A stretch of 64,000 nt of DNA from Anaerolineales bacterium UBA3905 (GCA_002391565.1 DGFH01000301.1:8122-72121); one strand, 5' to 3'; shown: positions 52,060 through 62,638, numbered from the stretch's first letter. The notes: generated by a model from the letters alone, not told the origin. Numbers and translations: made by a program.

Positions 52060-53643
52060 GTGGCAAATCCTGACGACTACGAGATCATTCCTGATGCCAC
52101 TGGACAAGGCGCGCCGCCGTCGCGTCCACGCTGGTGGTTGTGGCTGGCCGGCGCCGGCCTTCTCTTCGTCTTCGCCTTTGCGGTTGGCGTCGGCTGGACA
52201 ACCCTGGCCGATCGGCTGGGCGGCGCTGCTACAGAAGCGCCGATTGCCGCAGTCACCTCGCAACCTGTCGCCACCTTCACACCCACCAGCACAGCGGCGC
52301 CGGAAGCCGCTGCGACAGCAGACGGCGTTAGCGCCGCCACACCCGCCATCACGCCGCCAGCGACAGCGACGCCACTGCCCACGCCGACAGCGCCGCCCCC
52401 GACGCGCGTCTGCACCGTGCCGCTCGACCCACAATTTGCTGCCAGTTTCGATCCGGGCGCCCTGGGCTGCCCGGTGGCGCCCACCAGTATCGTCTGGGCC
52501 GCCTACGAAAGCTTCGAACGCGGCGCCATGTTGTGGCGCAGTGACACCAATCTCTCCTACATTCTCTTTGGCGACGGTAGTTGGACGCCATCGAACGAGA
52601 CCTGGAATGGACAGGAGCCCCCGTGGCGCGGAGAGCCGCCGCCCGGGCTCTATCGCCCGGAGCGCGGCTTCGGTTACATTTGGGGCGTGCGCGACGATGT
52701 CTTCACACGTCTGGGTTGGGCGACCATGCCGGAAAAGGGCTTCTGCGCCGCTGTACAGAACTTCGAGCAGGGCTTTGCGCTTGCCAGCGTCCCGGCGCCC
52801 AGTTGCACCGCCGAAAATCTCTATAACCAGGCGACCGACGCCAGCTGGCGTCCATTGTGGTTGACCTTTATCAACGATGGGCGCTGGCGCAGCGGCCCAT
52901 TGGCAGGCGCGCCGGGTGGCGTCACGACGCCGCCCACAGCCACCAGTCTCCCGGTTCCGCCAACCGCAACCGCAGTCAGCAGCGCTGCCGATATGCGGCC
53001 CGCAGCAAACGGCGTCTTCACCGCACGGCGCGGTCAGCCGATCACACTCGACGGGCGTTTCGAGGATTGGCCTGGCCCCTGGCTACCCGTCAGCGCCGTG
53101 ATTCAGGGGCGCGAACAGTGGAATGGCGCCAGCGATCTTGGCGGCGTGATGCAGATGATGTGGACGCCGGAAGGGTTGTATCTTGCCGTACAGATCACCG
53201 ACGATGTGTTGCGCGCAGGGCCGGATGGCAGCGACCAGTGGCAGGGTGACGGCGTAGAGTTGCAATTTGACCGCCGCCTGATTGATGATTTCGCCGATAC
53301 GCGCGCCAACGATGACGATACGCAGCTTGGGTTGGCGCCAGATGCTGCATTTCAATATGTGCGCGGCTATCGCTGGCTGCCTTTGGCAGCGGAAAGTCGT
53401 TTCGACCCGCCTGGCGTGGTGACGACAGCGCCGGGTCAATACACCCTGGAAGTGCAGATACCCTGGCTCTATTTTGATCTGAATGGCGCTGACTTGCAGC
53501 CCGGTGCACGCTTTGGTTTCAACCTGAGCATCAACGACAACGACGGCGAAACCCCGGCGCAGCAGACCGTCCTCTCCGCCTCGCCAGCGCGCACCACTCA
53601 CGACAACCCCACAGAATGGGGCACACTGGTGTTGGGAGAGTGA
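52060..53643 (+). CDS. Membrane-anchored protein with LGFP-like and CBM9/DOMON-like sugar-binding domains
   Basis: N-terminal TM; Pro/Thr linkers; LGCP...FERG; ITLDGRFEDW, LYLAVQITDD, YTLEVQIPW, FGFNLSINDND. Confidence 0.75.
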   Translation: MANPDDYEIIPDATGQGAPPSRPRWWLWLAGAGLLFVFAFAVGVGWTTLADRLGGAATEAPIAAVTSQPVATFTPTSTAAPEAAATADGVSAATPAITPPATATPLPTPTAPPPTRVCTVPLDPQFAASFDPGALGCPVAPTSIVWAAYESFERGAMLWRSDTNLSYILFGDGSWTPSNETWNGQEPPWRGEPPPGLYRPERGFGYIWGVRDDVFTRLGWATMPEKGFCAAVQNFEQGFALASVPAPSCTAENLYNQATDASWRPLWLTFINDGRWRSGPLAGAPGGVTTPPTATSLPVPPTATAVSSAADMRPAANGVFTARRGQPITLDGRFEDWPGPWLPVSAVIQGREQWNGASDLGGVMQMMWTPEGLYLAVQITDDVLRAGPDGSDQWQGDGVELQFDRRLIDDFADTRANDDDTQLGLAPDAAFQYVRGYRWLPLAAESRFDPPGVVTTAPGQYTLEVQIPWLYFDLNGADLQPGARFGFNLSINDNDGETPAQQTVLSASPARTTHDNPTEWGTLVLGE

Positions 53644-53679
53644 TGCGCGGCTTTTCCGGTCACCCACAGGGGTAATTCC

Positions 53680-53708
53680 TTGTCAACCGGCCTCACTACA
53701 GCTATAAT
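53680..53708 (+). promoter_or_regulatory. Sigma70-type promoter of the hybrid kinase
   Basis: TTGTCA-17 nt-TATAAT. Confidence 0.75.
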
Positions 53709-53818
53709 TTAGTCGTAAACCCTGTTTCTCAGCTGCCGCATCTATTCGTCAGGTAGAGTCATCGCACCTGACGATTGGTTGCGGCTTCTTCTTATTATAC
53801 TGATCACGGGAGCTGGCA

Positions 53819-56785
53819 ATGGGCACACAAGACCTGGTGCAACCGCAGCCACCACAACGACTGGCGGCGCCTTCAGAGGACGCCCCACAACGCCCCGCGC
53901 AGCCAGAGGATTTGCTCGAACAAGCCATGCAGATGGCGCGCGTCGGCGCCTGGGTATTGGACGTGACCAACCAGGCGCTCTACTGGTCGGCTGTGACGCG
54001 TGAAATTCACGAAGCCCCTCCAGACTTTACGCCTGACCTGACGAATGCGATCAACTTCTACAAAGCCGGTGCATCGCGCGAGACAATCACCCGTTGCGTT
54101 GCCCAGGCCATCGAACAGGGTAAACCCTTCGACGTGACAGCAGAATTGGTCACGCTGCATGGGCAAGTGCGATGGGTGCGCGCCATTGGCAGGGCAGAAC
54201 GTCATGATGGACGCTGCATTCGGATCTTCGGCACGATTCAAGACATCCACGCCCAGAAACTGGCGGAGGATGCCCGGCGCGAAAGCGAGGATCGCTTCCG
54301 TCAGATCGCCGAAAATGTGGGCGAGGTCTTCTGGCTGCGCAATGTCGAAAACAACAAGATGCTCTACATCAACCCCGCTTATGAGCAAGTCTGGGGGCGT
54401 AGCTGTGAAAGCCTCTATGCTGACCCTCAATCGTTCCTGGACGCCGTTCACGAGGCCGATCGTCCGGCGGTCATGAAAGCCTATGCGACCTACGCTGCGG
54501 GGGGCAACTTCGACATGGAGTATCGCATTGTGCGACCAGATGGCGAAGTGCGTTGGGTGCATGCCAAATCATTCCCTGTACGGGACGAAGCCGGCGCAGT
54601 CATTCGGCACGCCGGCACCGCTGTTGACATCACTGAACGCAAGCACATCGAAGAGCAGTTGTTGCAACAGACGCGGTTGCAGGAGATGCTGATGGAGATC
54701 TCGTCCACCTACATCAGCATGCCGCTAGATCAGGTGGATCGCGCCATCGAAGCCTCGCTGGGTGAGTTGGGCGAGTTTGTCGGCGCCGACCGCGTCTATC
54801 TGTTCGACTATGATTTTGAGCGGCAAATCTGTAGCAACACGCACGAATGGTGCGTCGATGGCATCACGCCGCAAATCGACCAGCTACAGCAGGTGCCGTT
54901 GAACCTGGTGCCCGACTGGGTCGCCACCCACATGCGTGGGGAAACGATGTACGTGCCCGATGTCTTTGCACTGCCGCCCGAAAGCGGCATTCGTCAGGTT
55001 TTAGAGCCGCAGGAGATCAAAAGCCTGATCGCCGTCCCCCTGATGGATGGGACGCGTTGTCTGGGCTTTGTCGGCTTCGATTCCGTCCGACGCCATTACA
55101 ACTACACAGCGGCTGAACAGCGTTTGCTGACCGTCTTTGCGCAGATGCTGGTGAATGTCCGCAAACGCCGTGAGATCGAACAGGCGTTGCAAGCTGCGAC
55201 CGCCCAGGCGCAGGCGGCCAGCAAAGCCAAGTCGGAATTTCTGGCAAATATGAGTCACGAGATCCGCACGCCGCTCAACGGCGTGATCGGCTTCACCGAG
55301 TTGCTGCTGAAAACGCCGCTGACGTCGGTGCAACAGCAATATGCCCAACACGCCAATACGTCAGGTCAGGCATTGCTCGGCATCATCAACGACATCCTCG
55401 ACTTCTCGAAGATCGAAGCCGGCAAGCTGGAACTGGAAATTATCCAGGCGGACCTGGTCGAACTCATGGAACAAACCGCCGACATCATCAAGTATCACGC
55501 CGGCCAGAAACAGCTCGAATTGCTGCTCAGCATTGCGCCGGACATGCCGCGCCTGGCCAAAGTCGATCCGGTGCGTTTGAAGCAGATTCTGATCAACCTG
55601 CTCAGCAACGCCGTCAAATTTACCGAACAAGGCGAAGTCGAGCTGAAGGTGGAGTTCACACCACTCGACCAGACGCATGGGCGCTACACCTTCACCGTAC
55701 GCGACACTGGCATTGGCATTGCGCCTGAGCAGCGACGACGCCTCTTCCAGGCGTTTACGCAGGCGGATACTTCCACCACGCGTCGCTTCGGCGGCACTGG
55801 ACTGGGGCTGACCATCTCCAACTTGCTGGCGCAAAAGATGGGCAGCCAAATCGAGGTGCACAGCGAACCGGGCAAAGGCTCGATCTTCTATTTCGCCATC
55901 GAGACCACCTATATACACACCGGCGATGCGTTGCCCAGGCTCCCCATCCAACGCGTGCTGGTCGTTGATGATAACGACAACAATCGGCTGATCCTGGAGC
56001 ACAACTTTGCTTACTGGGGCATCGAGTATGTCGGTTGCGACAGCGGCGCAGCTGCGTTGGCGTTGTTAACCAACACGCCGCCCTACGACGTGCTCATCAT
56101 CGACTACCACATGCCCGAGATGGATGGACTGGAAACGATCCGGCTGATCCGCGAACAGTTGCGCCTGTCTCCTGCACAGATGCCGATCATCCTGTTGCAC
56201 AGTTCATCCGACGATCCAGGGCTAAGCGAGGAATGCAAGAAACTTGGCATCCGCTTCAACCTGACCAAACCGGTCAAGGCCAGAGAACTCTATCGGTTCC
56301 TGTGCAACCTTCACGACAGTGACCACCAACCCAATGCGCCGGCGTCGCCATCGCAAGAGACAGTCGCACCGACGGACGCGGAACAGCCAGTCACGATCCT
56401 GGTGGCGGAAGATGTCGCCACCAACATGATGTTGATCAAGATTTTGCTGAAAAAGATCATCCCTGGCGTTGAAATCCTGGAGGCGCACAACGGTCTGGAG
56501 GCGGTGGAGGCAACGCGCACGCATCCCATCGACCTGATCCTGATGGATGTGCAAATGCCGGAACTCGACGGACTGGCCGCCACCCAATTGATTCGCCAGG
56601 CGGAACAAGGCGCACGGCGCGTCCCCATCATTGCCTTGACAGCGGGGGCGTTGCATGAGGAGCGCGAACGCTGTCTTGCCAGCGGCATGGATGACTTCCT
56701 GACCAAGCCGGTGCAGCCAGCGGCGTTAGCCGAGATGAAGAAAAAATATCTCTCAGACGGCGCTATGTTACAGCGGGCGCCGTAA
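53819..56785 (+). CDS. Cytoplasmic hybrid histidine kinase (PAS-PAS-GAF-HisKA-HATPase-REC-REC)
   Basis: Two [42 protein letters not shown], two receivers (IDYHMP, MDVQMP). Confidence 0.93.
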   Translation: MGTQDLVQPQPPQRLAAPSEDAPQRPAQPEDLLEQAMQMARVGAWVLDVTNQALYWSAVTREIHEAPPDFTPDLTNAINFYKAGASRETITRCVAQAIEQGKPFDVTAELVTLHGQVRWVRAIGRAERHDGRCIRIFGTIQDIHAQKLAEDARRESEDRFRQIAENVGEVFWLRNVENNKMLYINPAYEQVWGRSCESLYADPQSFLDAVHEADRPAVMKAYATYAAGGNFDMEYRIVRPDGEVRWVHAKSFPVRDEAGAVIRHAGTAVDITERKHIEEQLLQQTRLQEMLMEISSTYISMPLDQVDRAIEASLGELGEFVGADRVYLFDYDFERQICSNTHEWCVDGITPQIDQLQQVPLNLVPDWVATHMRGETMYVPDVFALPPESGIRQVLEPQEIKSLIAVPLMDGTRCLGFVGFDSVRRHYNYTAAEQRLLTVFAQMLVNVRKRREIEQALQAATAQAQAASKAKSEFLANMSHEIRTPLNGVIGFTELLLKTPLTSVQQQYAQHANTSGQALLGIINDILDFSKIEAGKLELEIIQADLVELMEQTADIIKYHAGQKQLELLLSIAPDMPRLAKVDPVRLKQILINLLSNAVKFTEQGEVELKVEFTPLDQTHGRYTFTVRDTGIGIAPEQRRRLFQAFTQADTSTTRRFGGTGLGLTISNLLAQKMGSQIEVHSEPGKGSIFYFAIETTYIHTGDALPRLPIQRVLVVDDNDNNRLILEHNFAYWGIEYVGCDSGAAALALLTNTPPYDVLIIDYHMPEMDGLETIRLIREQLRLSPAQMPIILLHSSSDDPGLSEECKKLGIRFNLTKPVKARELYRFLCNLHDSDHQPNAPASPSQETVAPTDAEQPVTILVAEDVATNMMLIKILLKKIIPGVEILEAHNGLEAVEATRTHPIDLILMDVQMPELDGLAATQLIRQAEQGARRVPIIALTAGALHEERERCLASGMDDFLTKPVQPAALAEMKKKYLSDGAMLQRAP

Positions 56786-56786
56786 A

Positions 56787-58112
56787 TCAGCTTGCTGCCT
56801 GCGGCAGCGCCGCACGCACAGCCGCCAATGTCGGCGCAATCTCGCGCACTTCGCCCGTCACCTCCATCGCGGCGCGCACATCTTTGAGGCCGCTGCCGGT
56901 GTTGATCACCACGATCGTTTCATCCGCCTTGATCAAACCGTCGCGCTGGGCTTGCAGCAAGCCCGCGTAGGCGGTGGCGCCTGCCGGTTCGGCAAAGACG
57001 CCGCCCAGTCGCGCCAGCGGCAGGATCGCCTGCAAAATGGCGGCGTCCTCCACCAGCACGTAGGCGCCGCCGGTGGCGCGCACCGCCGCCAGCGCCTTAA
57101 CTGCATCGCGCGGCGCATCGACGCTGATGCTGTCGGCGCGCGTCGTGGCATGGACGGGCGCAGGCACGTCGACGCCGGCGCGCCAGGCATTGTACAAGGC
57201 GGGGCTGAGGGCGGACTGTACGCCGTAGATGCGCGGCATCCGCTCGATCCATCCCAGCGTCAACAGATCGCGAAAGCCCTTATGCACACCGCCAATAATG
57301 CAGCCGTCGCCCACCGAGACGAAGACAGCGTCGGGGGCCACTAGCCGGATCGGCTCCTGGAGTATGGCGCCGCTCTGTTCCGCCAGTTGTAATGCGATCT
57401 CATATGAGACTGTTTTCTTGCCTTCCGTCATGTAGGGGTTATAGCCGGTGCTGCGATTGTACCAGCCAAACTCCAGGCAGGCCTCGGTGCACAAGTCGAA
57501 CGCATCGTCATAGCTGCCATCAACCGCCAGCACTGTGCTGCCATAGACCAGAAGTTGCGCGATCTTGGCAGGCGGCGCGCTCTTAGGCACAAAGATCACA
57601 GTCGCCTGTCCAGCCGCCGCCGCCTGACCCGCCAATGCCGCCGCCGCGTTGCCGGTGCTTGCCGTCGCCACAATGGCGCGCCCGGCGCGCTGGGCGCGCG
57701 CCACGGCGATCGCCGACGCCCGATCCTTGAACGAAGCGCTGGGGTTGCGACCATCGTCCTTGATCCACAAATGTTTCAGACCGGTTGCAGCGCGTAGACG
57801 CGGCGCAGCCAGCAACGGGGTGCCGCCCACCGGCAAGGGGGGCAGAGCGTCGCGGTTAGCAATCGGCAACAGGCGCCAAAAGCGACCAATCGAACGATCC
57901 GGGTCAGCATGCCAGACAGCGGGCGTCAACAGACGAGCAAGCGCTGCATAGTCATATTCAACATCGAGTGTGCCAAGATCACTGCCCCGATTCGGACGAC
58001 AATCGCATACATAGTCGATGGCGCCGGGCGCATAGAAGGCGCCACATCGTAGACAACGCAATCCAGTGATAAAAGGTGATTCAACCGGCATCGACTCGAC
58101 AGGTGGCTGCAT
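56787..58112 (-). CDS. thrC: Threonine synthase (class with N-terminal Cys motif)
   Basis: CLRC...CDC, GGTPL, NPSASFKDR, ASTGNAA, EGKKT, SVGDG, EPAGA, NTGSGLK; GGAG RBS before ATG 58112. Confidence 0.8.
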   Translation of the reverse strand: MQPPVESMPVESPFITGLRCLRCGAFYAPGAIDYVCDCRPNRGSDLGTLDVEYDYAALARLLTPAVWHADPDRSIGRFWRLLPIANRDALPPLPVGGTPLLAAPRLRAATGLKHLWIKDDGRNPSASFKDRASAIAVARAQRAGRAIVATASTGNAAAALAGQAAAAGQATVIFVPKSAPPAKIAQLLVYGSTVLAVDGSYDDAFDLCTEACLEFGWYNRSTGYNPYMTEGKKTVSYEIALQLAEQSGAILQEPIRLVAPDAVFVSVGDGCIIGGVHKGFRDLLTLGWIERMPRIYGVQSALSPALYNAWRAGVDVPAPVHATTRADSISVDAPRDAVKALAAVRATGGAYVLVEDAAILQAILPLARLGGVFAEPAGATAYAGLLQAQRDGLIKADETIVVINTGSGLKDVRAAMEVTGEVREIAPTLAAVRAALPQAAS

Positions 58113-58159
58113 GAATGTTCTCCAATAAATGCAATAATTTTTGATGCTCTGAAAGGGAA

Positions 58160-58178
58160 TTGCAATGATGGATTGCAA
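58160..58178. promoter_or_regulatory. Palindromic candidate operator upstream of thrC
   Basis: TTGCAAT-GATGG-ATTGCAA. Confidence 0.5.
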
Positions 58179-58416
58179 AATGCTGTTCTACACTGGAACG
58201 CAGGATAGGGCCGTCACTTGCGCCCTCCACCACGCGCCATAGGCAAGGGTAACGCATCTTTTGGGGGGTTGCAAAACCAGCGCATCTCACTCTGGCAATG
58301 CGGTCGGTGCAAGCGGCAATGACGCTGTGATCCCTCCCTTAGTTTCGTAGGCAATAGACATTTTGTTGATCCTGTGGGATAATTCGCCCAGTGTCATGAC
58401 GAGAGTAGGAGAAAAA

Positions 58417-59634
58417 ATGCGTATGGAAAAGTCAGAACGGTATCCAAGCTATGCGACCTGTGTGGCGCGTGCCTTGAGTGCATCGGAACAGCCACTCACT
58501 ATCGACGGGTTGCTAAGCGTGATCGGGCGTCAGCGTCCGCTGGGCGCTGGGGCGCGCCGTGCTGTCTATCGCGCCGTGCGCGAGCTATACCAGGCGGTGC
58601 CGGTGGCGCCCAGCCGCGTCGGGTGGTTGTCCCACTTGCTACAGGGCAACACCTTCCGGCATCCGCTCACCGCCGAAGAGGTGCGACGAGGGTATCTCCT
58701 GCTCGACGAGTTGGAGCATGCCGTGTTCTTTCCACAATTTTTCCAGAATCAGCGTCCTGACCTGCGGCGCCTGACGATCGAATTGATGGGTGGGCCGGTG
58801 CTGAAGGCGGAAGCCGCCATCGAGCGCAAGATGTGGGCGTTACACCTGGGCAGCGCCTTCAGCGCCTGGATCGATGCCCAGGGCGGTCAAAGTCGCGACG
58901 ACATCATGATCACAGTGCGCGATGCGGTGGCAGGCAGCTACATCTTGCGGCTGCAGCCGCGCGAAAGTCGCGATGAAGAAGCGATCCAGGAGCAGAACCT
59001 GCGCGTGGCGCTGGCGGCGGAGGAAATTGTCGCCTCCCGCCGCCGCAGCGACAAGATCGTGCCCACCTGGGAACTGGCGGCGCTGCTCATCGGGCGCGAC
59101 CTGTTTCGCGGCGCCATCCCCCCCGACGACCTGCATATGGTGCTGCACAAATTCAGCACGTTGCGCATCCCCAAAGATGGAGCCGGATACACGATAGAGC
59201 CGCCTGCCGCGCCGACCATTGCGGGACGCCAGACGCCGGGTCAGAACAGAACAGGCGGACAGAATCGCGGGGAACTGCGTGCAGCGCCCCAACGCGATTT
59301 TCCAGAGCCAACCGCCTGGATCAATGACGAGGATGACCCCTTCGAGATGGACTCAGGCGAGGACACCTGCCCCGACTACGAATCCTACCTGGAAGGCTAT
59401 CGTATGGCTGGCGATCCAGGCGCCCCGCTGTCGCACAGTGACTATCACCTGCTCGAAGCCGAGCTGGAGACCCTGTTGGGGCTGGAGCAGGAATTTGGCT
59501 ATTTGCTCCCCGAACAGAGCAAGCGCGTCGAAGACCTGGCCGAACGACTGTTCATCGATCCAGACTCGTTACGCGACTTCGATGACTCCGACGAAGATTT
59601 CGACGACGATCAGTCGCCTTTCTGGAAGAATTGA
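58417..59634 (+). CDS. Hypothetical protein with an acidic C-terminal tail
   Basis: AGGAG RBS; about 405 aa; ends DFDDSDEDFDDDQSPFWKN. Confidence 0.75.
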   Translation: MRMEKSERYPSYATCVARALSASEQPLTIDGLLSVIGRQRPLGAGARRAVYRAVRELYQAVPVAPSRVGWLSHLLQGNTFRHPLTAEEVRRGYLLLDELEHAVFFPQFFQNQRPDLRRLTIELMGGPVLKAEAAIERKMWALHLGSAFSAWIDAQGGQSRDDIMITVRDAVAGSYILRLQPRESRDEEAIQEQNLRVALAAEEIVASRRRSDKIVPTWELAALLIGRDLFRGAIPPDDLHMVLHKFSTLRIPKDGAGYTIEPPAAPTIAGRQTPGQNRTGGQNRGELRAAPQRDFPEPTAWINDEDDPFEMDSGEDTCPDYESYLEGYRMAGDPGAPLSHSDYHLLEAELETLLGLEQEFGYLLPEQSKRVEDLAERLFIDPDSLRDFDDSDEDFDDDQSPFWKN

Positions 59635-59684
59635 CGGCGCACTGGGGCGATTCGCTCACGCTGCATGGTTCGAGACCACAGTTC

Positions 59685-59720
59685 GAGACCGCGTGCCCCC
59701 TGCGGTCTCCTTTGCTTTTG
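59685..59720 (+). terminator. Putative terminator
   Basis: GAGACCGC/GCGGTCTC stem followed by CTTTGCTTTT; GTTCGAGACC repeated at 59668 and 59681. Confidence 0.45.
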
Positions 59721-59734
59721 ATCATGACGCCACT

Positions 59735-60061
59735 ATGAACAAACCAGTCAACTGTCGCTATTTCTACGGCGATTACTTTCGTGGCAAGAACAAAGAAGCC
59801 TGTCGTCTGTTGGAAGCCAACCCCAACAACCAGCACGCATGGAAGCGCACCTATTGTGATAGCTGCCCTGTGCCCGAAATTCTGATCGCCAGCAACTCGC
59901 GCGACCTGGCGCTGGAAGCCACCGTCACAAAACGCTTTTTGCGCGGCCAGGTGGAAGTGACCTTCGCCGTCTGCACCAAACATATGGAAGAACTGGCCGA
60001 TCCTCGCTTTTGCCCCCGGTGCGCAGAGGAACAACAACGACCAACAGGAGGCGCCCTATGA
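59735..60061 (+). CDS. Small Cys-rich hypothetical protein (108 aa), probably metal-binding
   Basis: MNKPVNCRYF...C...CDSC...CTKH...CPRC; 3' part of track ORF 59219..60061; stop overlaps patatin ATG (ATGA). Confidence 0.75.
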   Translation: MNKPVNCRYFYGDYFRGKNKEACRLLEANPNNQHAWKRTYCDSCPVPEILIASNSRDLALEATVTKRFLRGQVEVTFAVCTKHMEELADPRFCPRCAEEQQRPTGGAL

Positions 60062-60966
60062 AGCGCGCCTTTGTCCTGAGCGGCGGCGGTTCACTTGGCG
60101 CCTTGCAGGTTGGCGCCCTCCGCCTGTTGCTCGAACGAAAAATCATCCCAGACCTGGTCGTGGGCTGTTCTGTCGGTGCGCTCAATGCCTCGTTTCTGGC
60201 GACCGCACCAACCCTCGCCGAACTCGAAAACGCTGCAACCATCTGGCGCCGCGTGACGACTGACCGCGTCTACCCCGGCGCCAAAGTGCGCGTGCTGTGG
60301 CGCTTTTTCAGTGGTCAGGATAGCCTGTACGACAATCGTAGCTTCTTTGAGTTTCTCCAGGAAAGTGGTTGCACGCCAGCGCTCACCTTTGGCGACCTGA
60401 CCGGTTGCCGCCTCTACGTGACGGCCACTCACCTGCGCAGCGGGCAATTGCATGTCTTTGGCGATGATCCCCACGACCGTGTGCTCGACGCCTTGATGGC
60501 CAGCACAGCCTTGACGCCCATGCACCCACCCTGGGAAGTCAACGGCGAACTTTATGTCGATGGAGGCACCGTCACACCGTTGCCGCTGCGCGTTGCCCTT
60601 GAGCGTGGCGCCACCGAAATCTACGCCCTACACCTGCATCACCCGTCCAAAGCACCGCGTCCAGGGCGCTTGCGCGGTGTAGCCGCACACATCAACCAGG
60701 CCGTCTCTACGATGTTGCGCCTTCAGGCCGACCATGATCTGCACCTGATCGAGACCGCGCGCCGTGTGCGGCTGCACTATCTACCACTGTGGACAGAAGA
60801 CCCCATCGAACCAGCCGACTTCGGGCACTCGGCCAGCCTGATCGAACAGGGCTATGCACAGGCTGCCGCATGGATCGGACGCGGCGACGCCAGCACGTTG
60901 GTCGACGCCAAAAAACCGGGCAAGCAGCGCCGCCAGGGGTGGCGGTTCGTGACGCGTCACGCATAA
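60058..60966 (+). CDS. Patatin-like phospholipase
   Basis: LSGGGSLG, GCSVG (GxSxG), VDGG; CAGGAGG RBS. Confidence 0.92.
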   Translation: MKRAFVLSGGGSLGALQVGALRLLLERKIIPDLVVGCSVGALNASFLATAPTLAELENAATIWRRVTTDRVYPGAKVRVLWRFFSGQDSLYDNRSFFEFLQESGCTPALTFGDLTGCRLYVTATHLRSGQLHVFGDDPHDRVLDALMASTALTPMHPPWEVNGELYVDGGTVTPLPLRVALERGATEIYALHLHHPSKAPRPGRLRGVAAHINQAVSTMLRLQADHDLHLIETARRVRLHYLPLWTEDPIEPADFGHSASLIEQGYAQAAAWIGRGDASTLVDAKKPGKQRRQGWRFVTRHA

Positions 60967-61062
60967 AGGTTGTCTGGCGTCACTCGTCATCGGCGCACAA
61001 TCTGCTGACAGCCCGTGCGCTCAATCGCCTTCCCCCATGTGCTGAGAGCGACTTGGTGCAAG

Positions 61063-62040
61063 TCAGACGTCAATCTGGCAACGGCAGTTCGGGATATTTC
61101 TTGCCGCCGGCGGCGATGTCGGCGGCGCGCCGCTGCGTCTCGGCATCAAGTTCGGCGTTGGTGCGTAGCCGCGCCTCGTAACGCTGACGCTCTGGCCGTT
61201 GCCAGCGGCCATCTCCTCGCCAGCATCGATACAGCGCGCAAAGACCAGGTACCCGGTGTGGCCGATCAGGTTATCATCCGGGCGGAAGCGATCAGGCGTA
61301 GGTTTGTAGGGGCGCAACAACAGCTCTTCGACCGTGACATCGGCAAAGTGATGTTTGTCGAAACCGGCCAACAGATCGATCACCTGGTTGGCAGTTGGGA
61401 GCAGGCTGGCAAAGAAACCGCCAGGGCGCAAGGCGGCGCGCACATGGTTGAGATACCGCCAGGGTTCGCGCACGTCGAGAAACACCGCATCGACGTCGCC
61501 TGCCTGGAACCCCTGTTCGATGTCGGCCAGAAAGAGCCTGACGTAAGGCAACAGCGCCACGCGCGCCAGATTCTCACGCGCAATCTGGTGGATGTCGGGG
61601 CGCACCTCGTGAGTGAAGACCATGCCGGTCGGCATCACCGCCCACGCCAGCGCCGTCGTCAGGCCGCCGCTGCCCGTGCCCGCCTCGATCACGCGGCTGC
61701 CTGCGTGCAGACTCAAGCGATGAACAATATAGGCTGCGTCTTTGGGGTAGATGATCTGCGTGCCGCGCTTGAGCGTTTTCATGAGATCGGTCAGCGACGG
61801 CTGCAGCAGCAACGCCCGATGGCCGAGCTGACTCTGCACGGGCGCGCCCCACGTCTGGCCGATCAGGTCGCGATGCCAATAGACGCCAAGATGGGTGTGC
61901 GTGGCGCCGTCGGGATGAAGCTGAACCACATACCGTTTATAGTCAGAGGTGAAGAGCATGGCAAGATCGCCGATCTGAGCCATGCGGCGTGCGCTCAGCG
62001 GCGTGGCAGCTTGCGCCGCCGACAAGGGTTGATCAGTCAT
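61063..62040 (-). CDS. trmI: tRNA (adenine-N1)-methyltransferase TrmI; probable 1-nt frameshift near 61207 alters the C-terminus
   Basis: HTHLG, QIIYPKD, EAGTGSG, FLDVREPW, RPDD...GHTGYL. Confidence 0.9.
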   Translation of the reverse strand: MTDQPLSAAQAATPLSARRMAQIGDLAMLFTSDYKRYVVQLHPDGATHTHLGVYWHRDLIGQTWGAPVQSQLGHRALLLQPSLTDLMKTLKRGTQIIYPKDAAYIVHRLSLHAGSRVIEAGTGSGGLTTALAWAVMPTGMVFTHEVRPDIHQIARENLARVALLPYVRLFLADIEQGFQAGDVDAVFLDVREPWRYLNHVRAALRPGGFFASLLPTANQVIDLLAGFDKHHFADVTVEELLLRPYKPTPDRFRPDDNLIGHTGYLVFARCIDAGEEMAAGNGQSVSVTRRGYAPTPNLMPRRSGAPPTSPPAARNIPNCRCQIDV

Positions 62041-62638
62041 AGGAGAGAGATTCGCTTAGATTCGCGGCGTCGAAGGTGACTTTTTCATAGACATCCGCCG
62101 CAGCCAGCGTGCAGCCGATGGCGTCAAGTTGAAACACTGCATCGGGCTGGTCGCTTTCGAAGAAGAGCCAGCGTCCATCCGGTTGGCGCGTGTAGTGCTC
62201 GATGTGAATGCTATCCTGCGCAACCAGCAGATACTCGACCAGCGAAGGCAGCGTGCGATACATCTGAAATTTGCGCCCGCGATCATAGTTCTCGGTGGAA
62301 GGTGACAAGACCTCGACGATCACGAGCGGGTTTAGCAGCGTATCGCGCCGCGCATCCTCAAACTGCGGTGCGCCGCAGACAACGCTGATGTCAGGGTAGG
62401 TGTAGAACCCCAGTGCACTCACCTTCACGCGCATGTCGCTGGGATAGACATTGCAGGCGCGCCGGCGCAATTGGCTGTGCAGTGATGCGCCGATATTCAT
62501 AGCAACTAGGTTGTGGCGTTCGCTGGCTCCGGCCATCGCATAGACCTCGCCGGCGTAATACTCATGCTTCTTCTCCCCGGCGCGTTCCGCCGCCAGGTAG
62601 GCCTCCGGTGATATGTACACTTTGGCGCGTGCCGACAT
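62033..62638 (-). CDS. Uma2 (DUF820) family PD-(D/E)xK-fold protein
   Basis: YLAAER...KHEY...AMAGAS, YPDISVVC, VEVLSPST..YDRGRKF..Y...EYLLV. Confidence 0.92.
   Translation of the reverse strand: MSARAKVYISPEAYLAAERAGEKKHEYYAGEVYAMAGASERHNLVAMNIGASLHSQLRRRACNVYPSDMRVKVSALGFYTYPDISVVCGAPQFEDARRDTLLNPLVIVEVLSPSTENYDRGRKFQMYRTLPSLVEYLLVAQDSIHIEHYTRQPDGRWLFFESDQPDAVFQLDAIGCTLAAADVYEKVTFDAANLSESLSYD

Noticed and set aside
58200-58250. GGTGGAGGG...GGCCC on the minus strand resembling a SAM-I riboswitch, and GCGCCA on the plus strand resembling a tRNA end
   Set aside because: No ATCAAGAG, GGCAACC or GGTGC elements, and no cloverleaf
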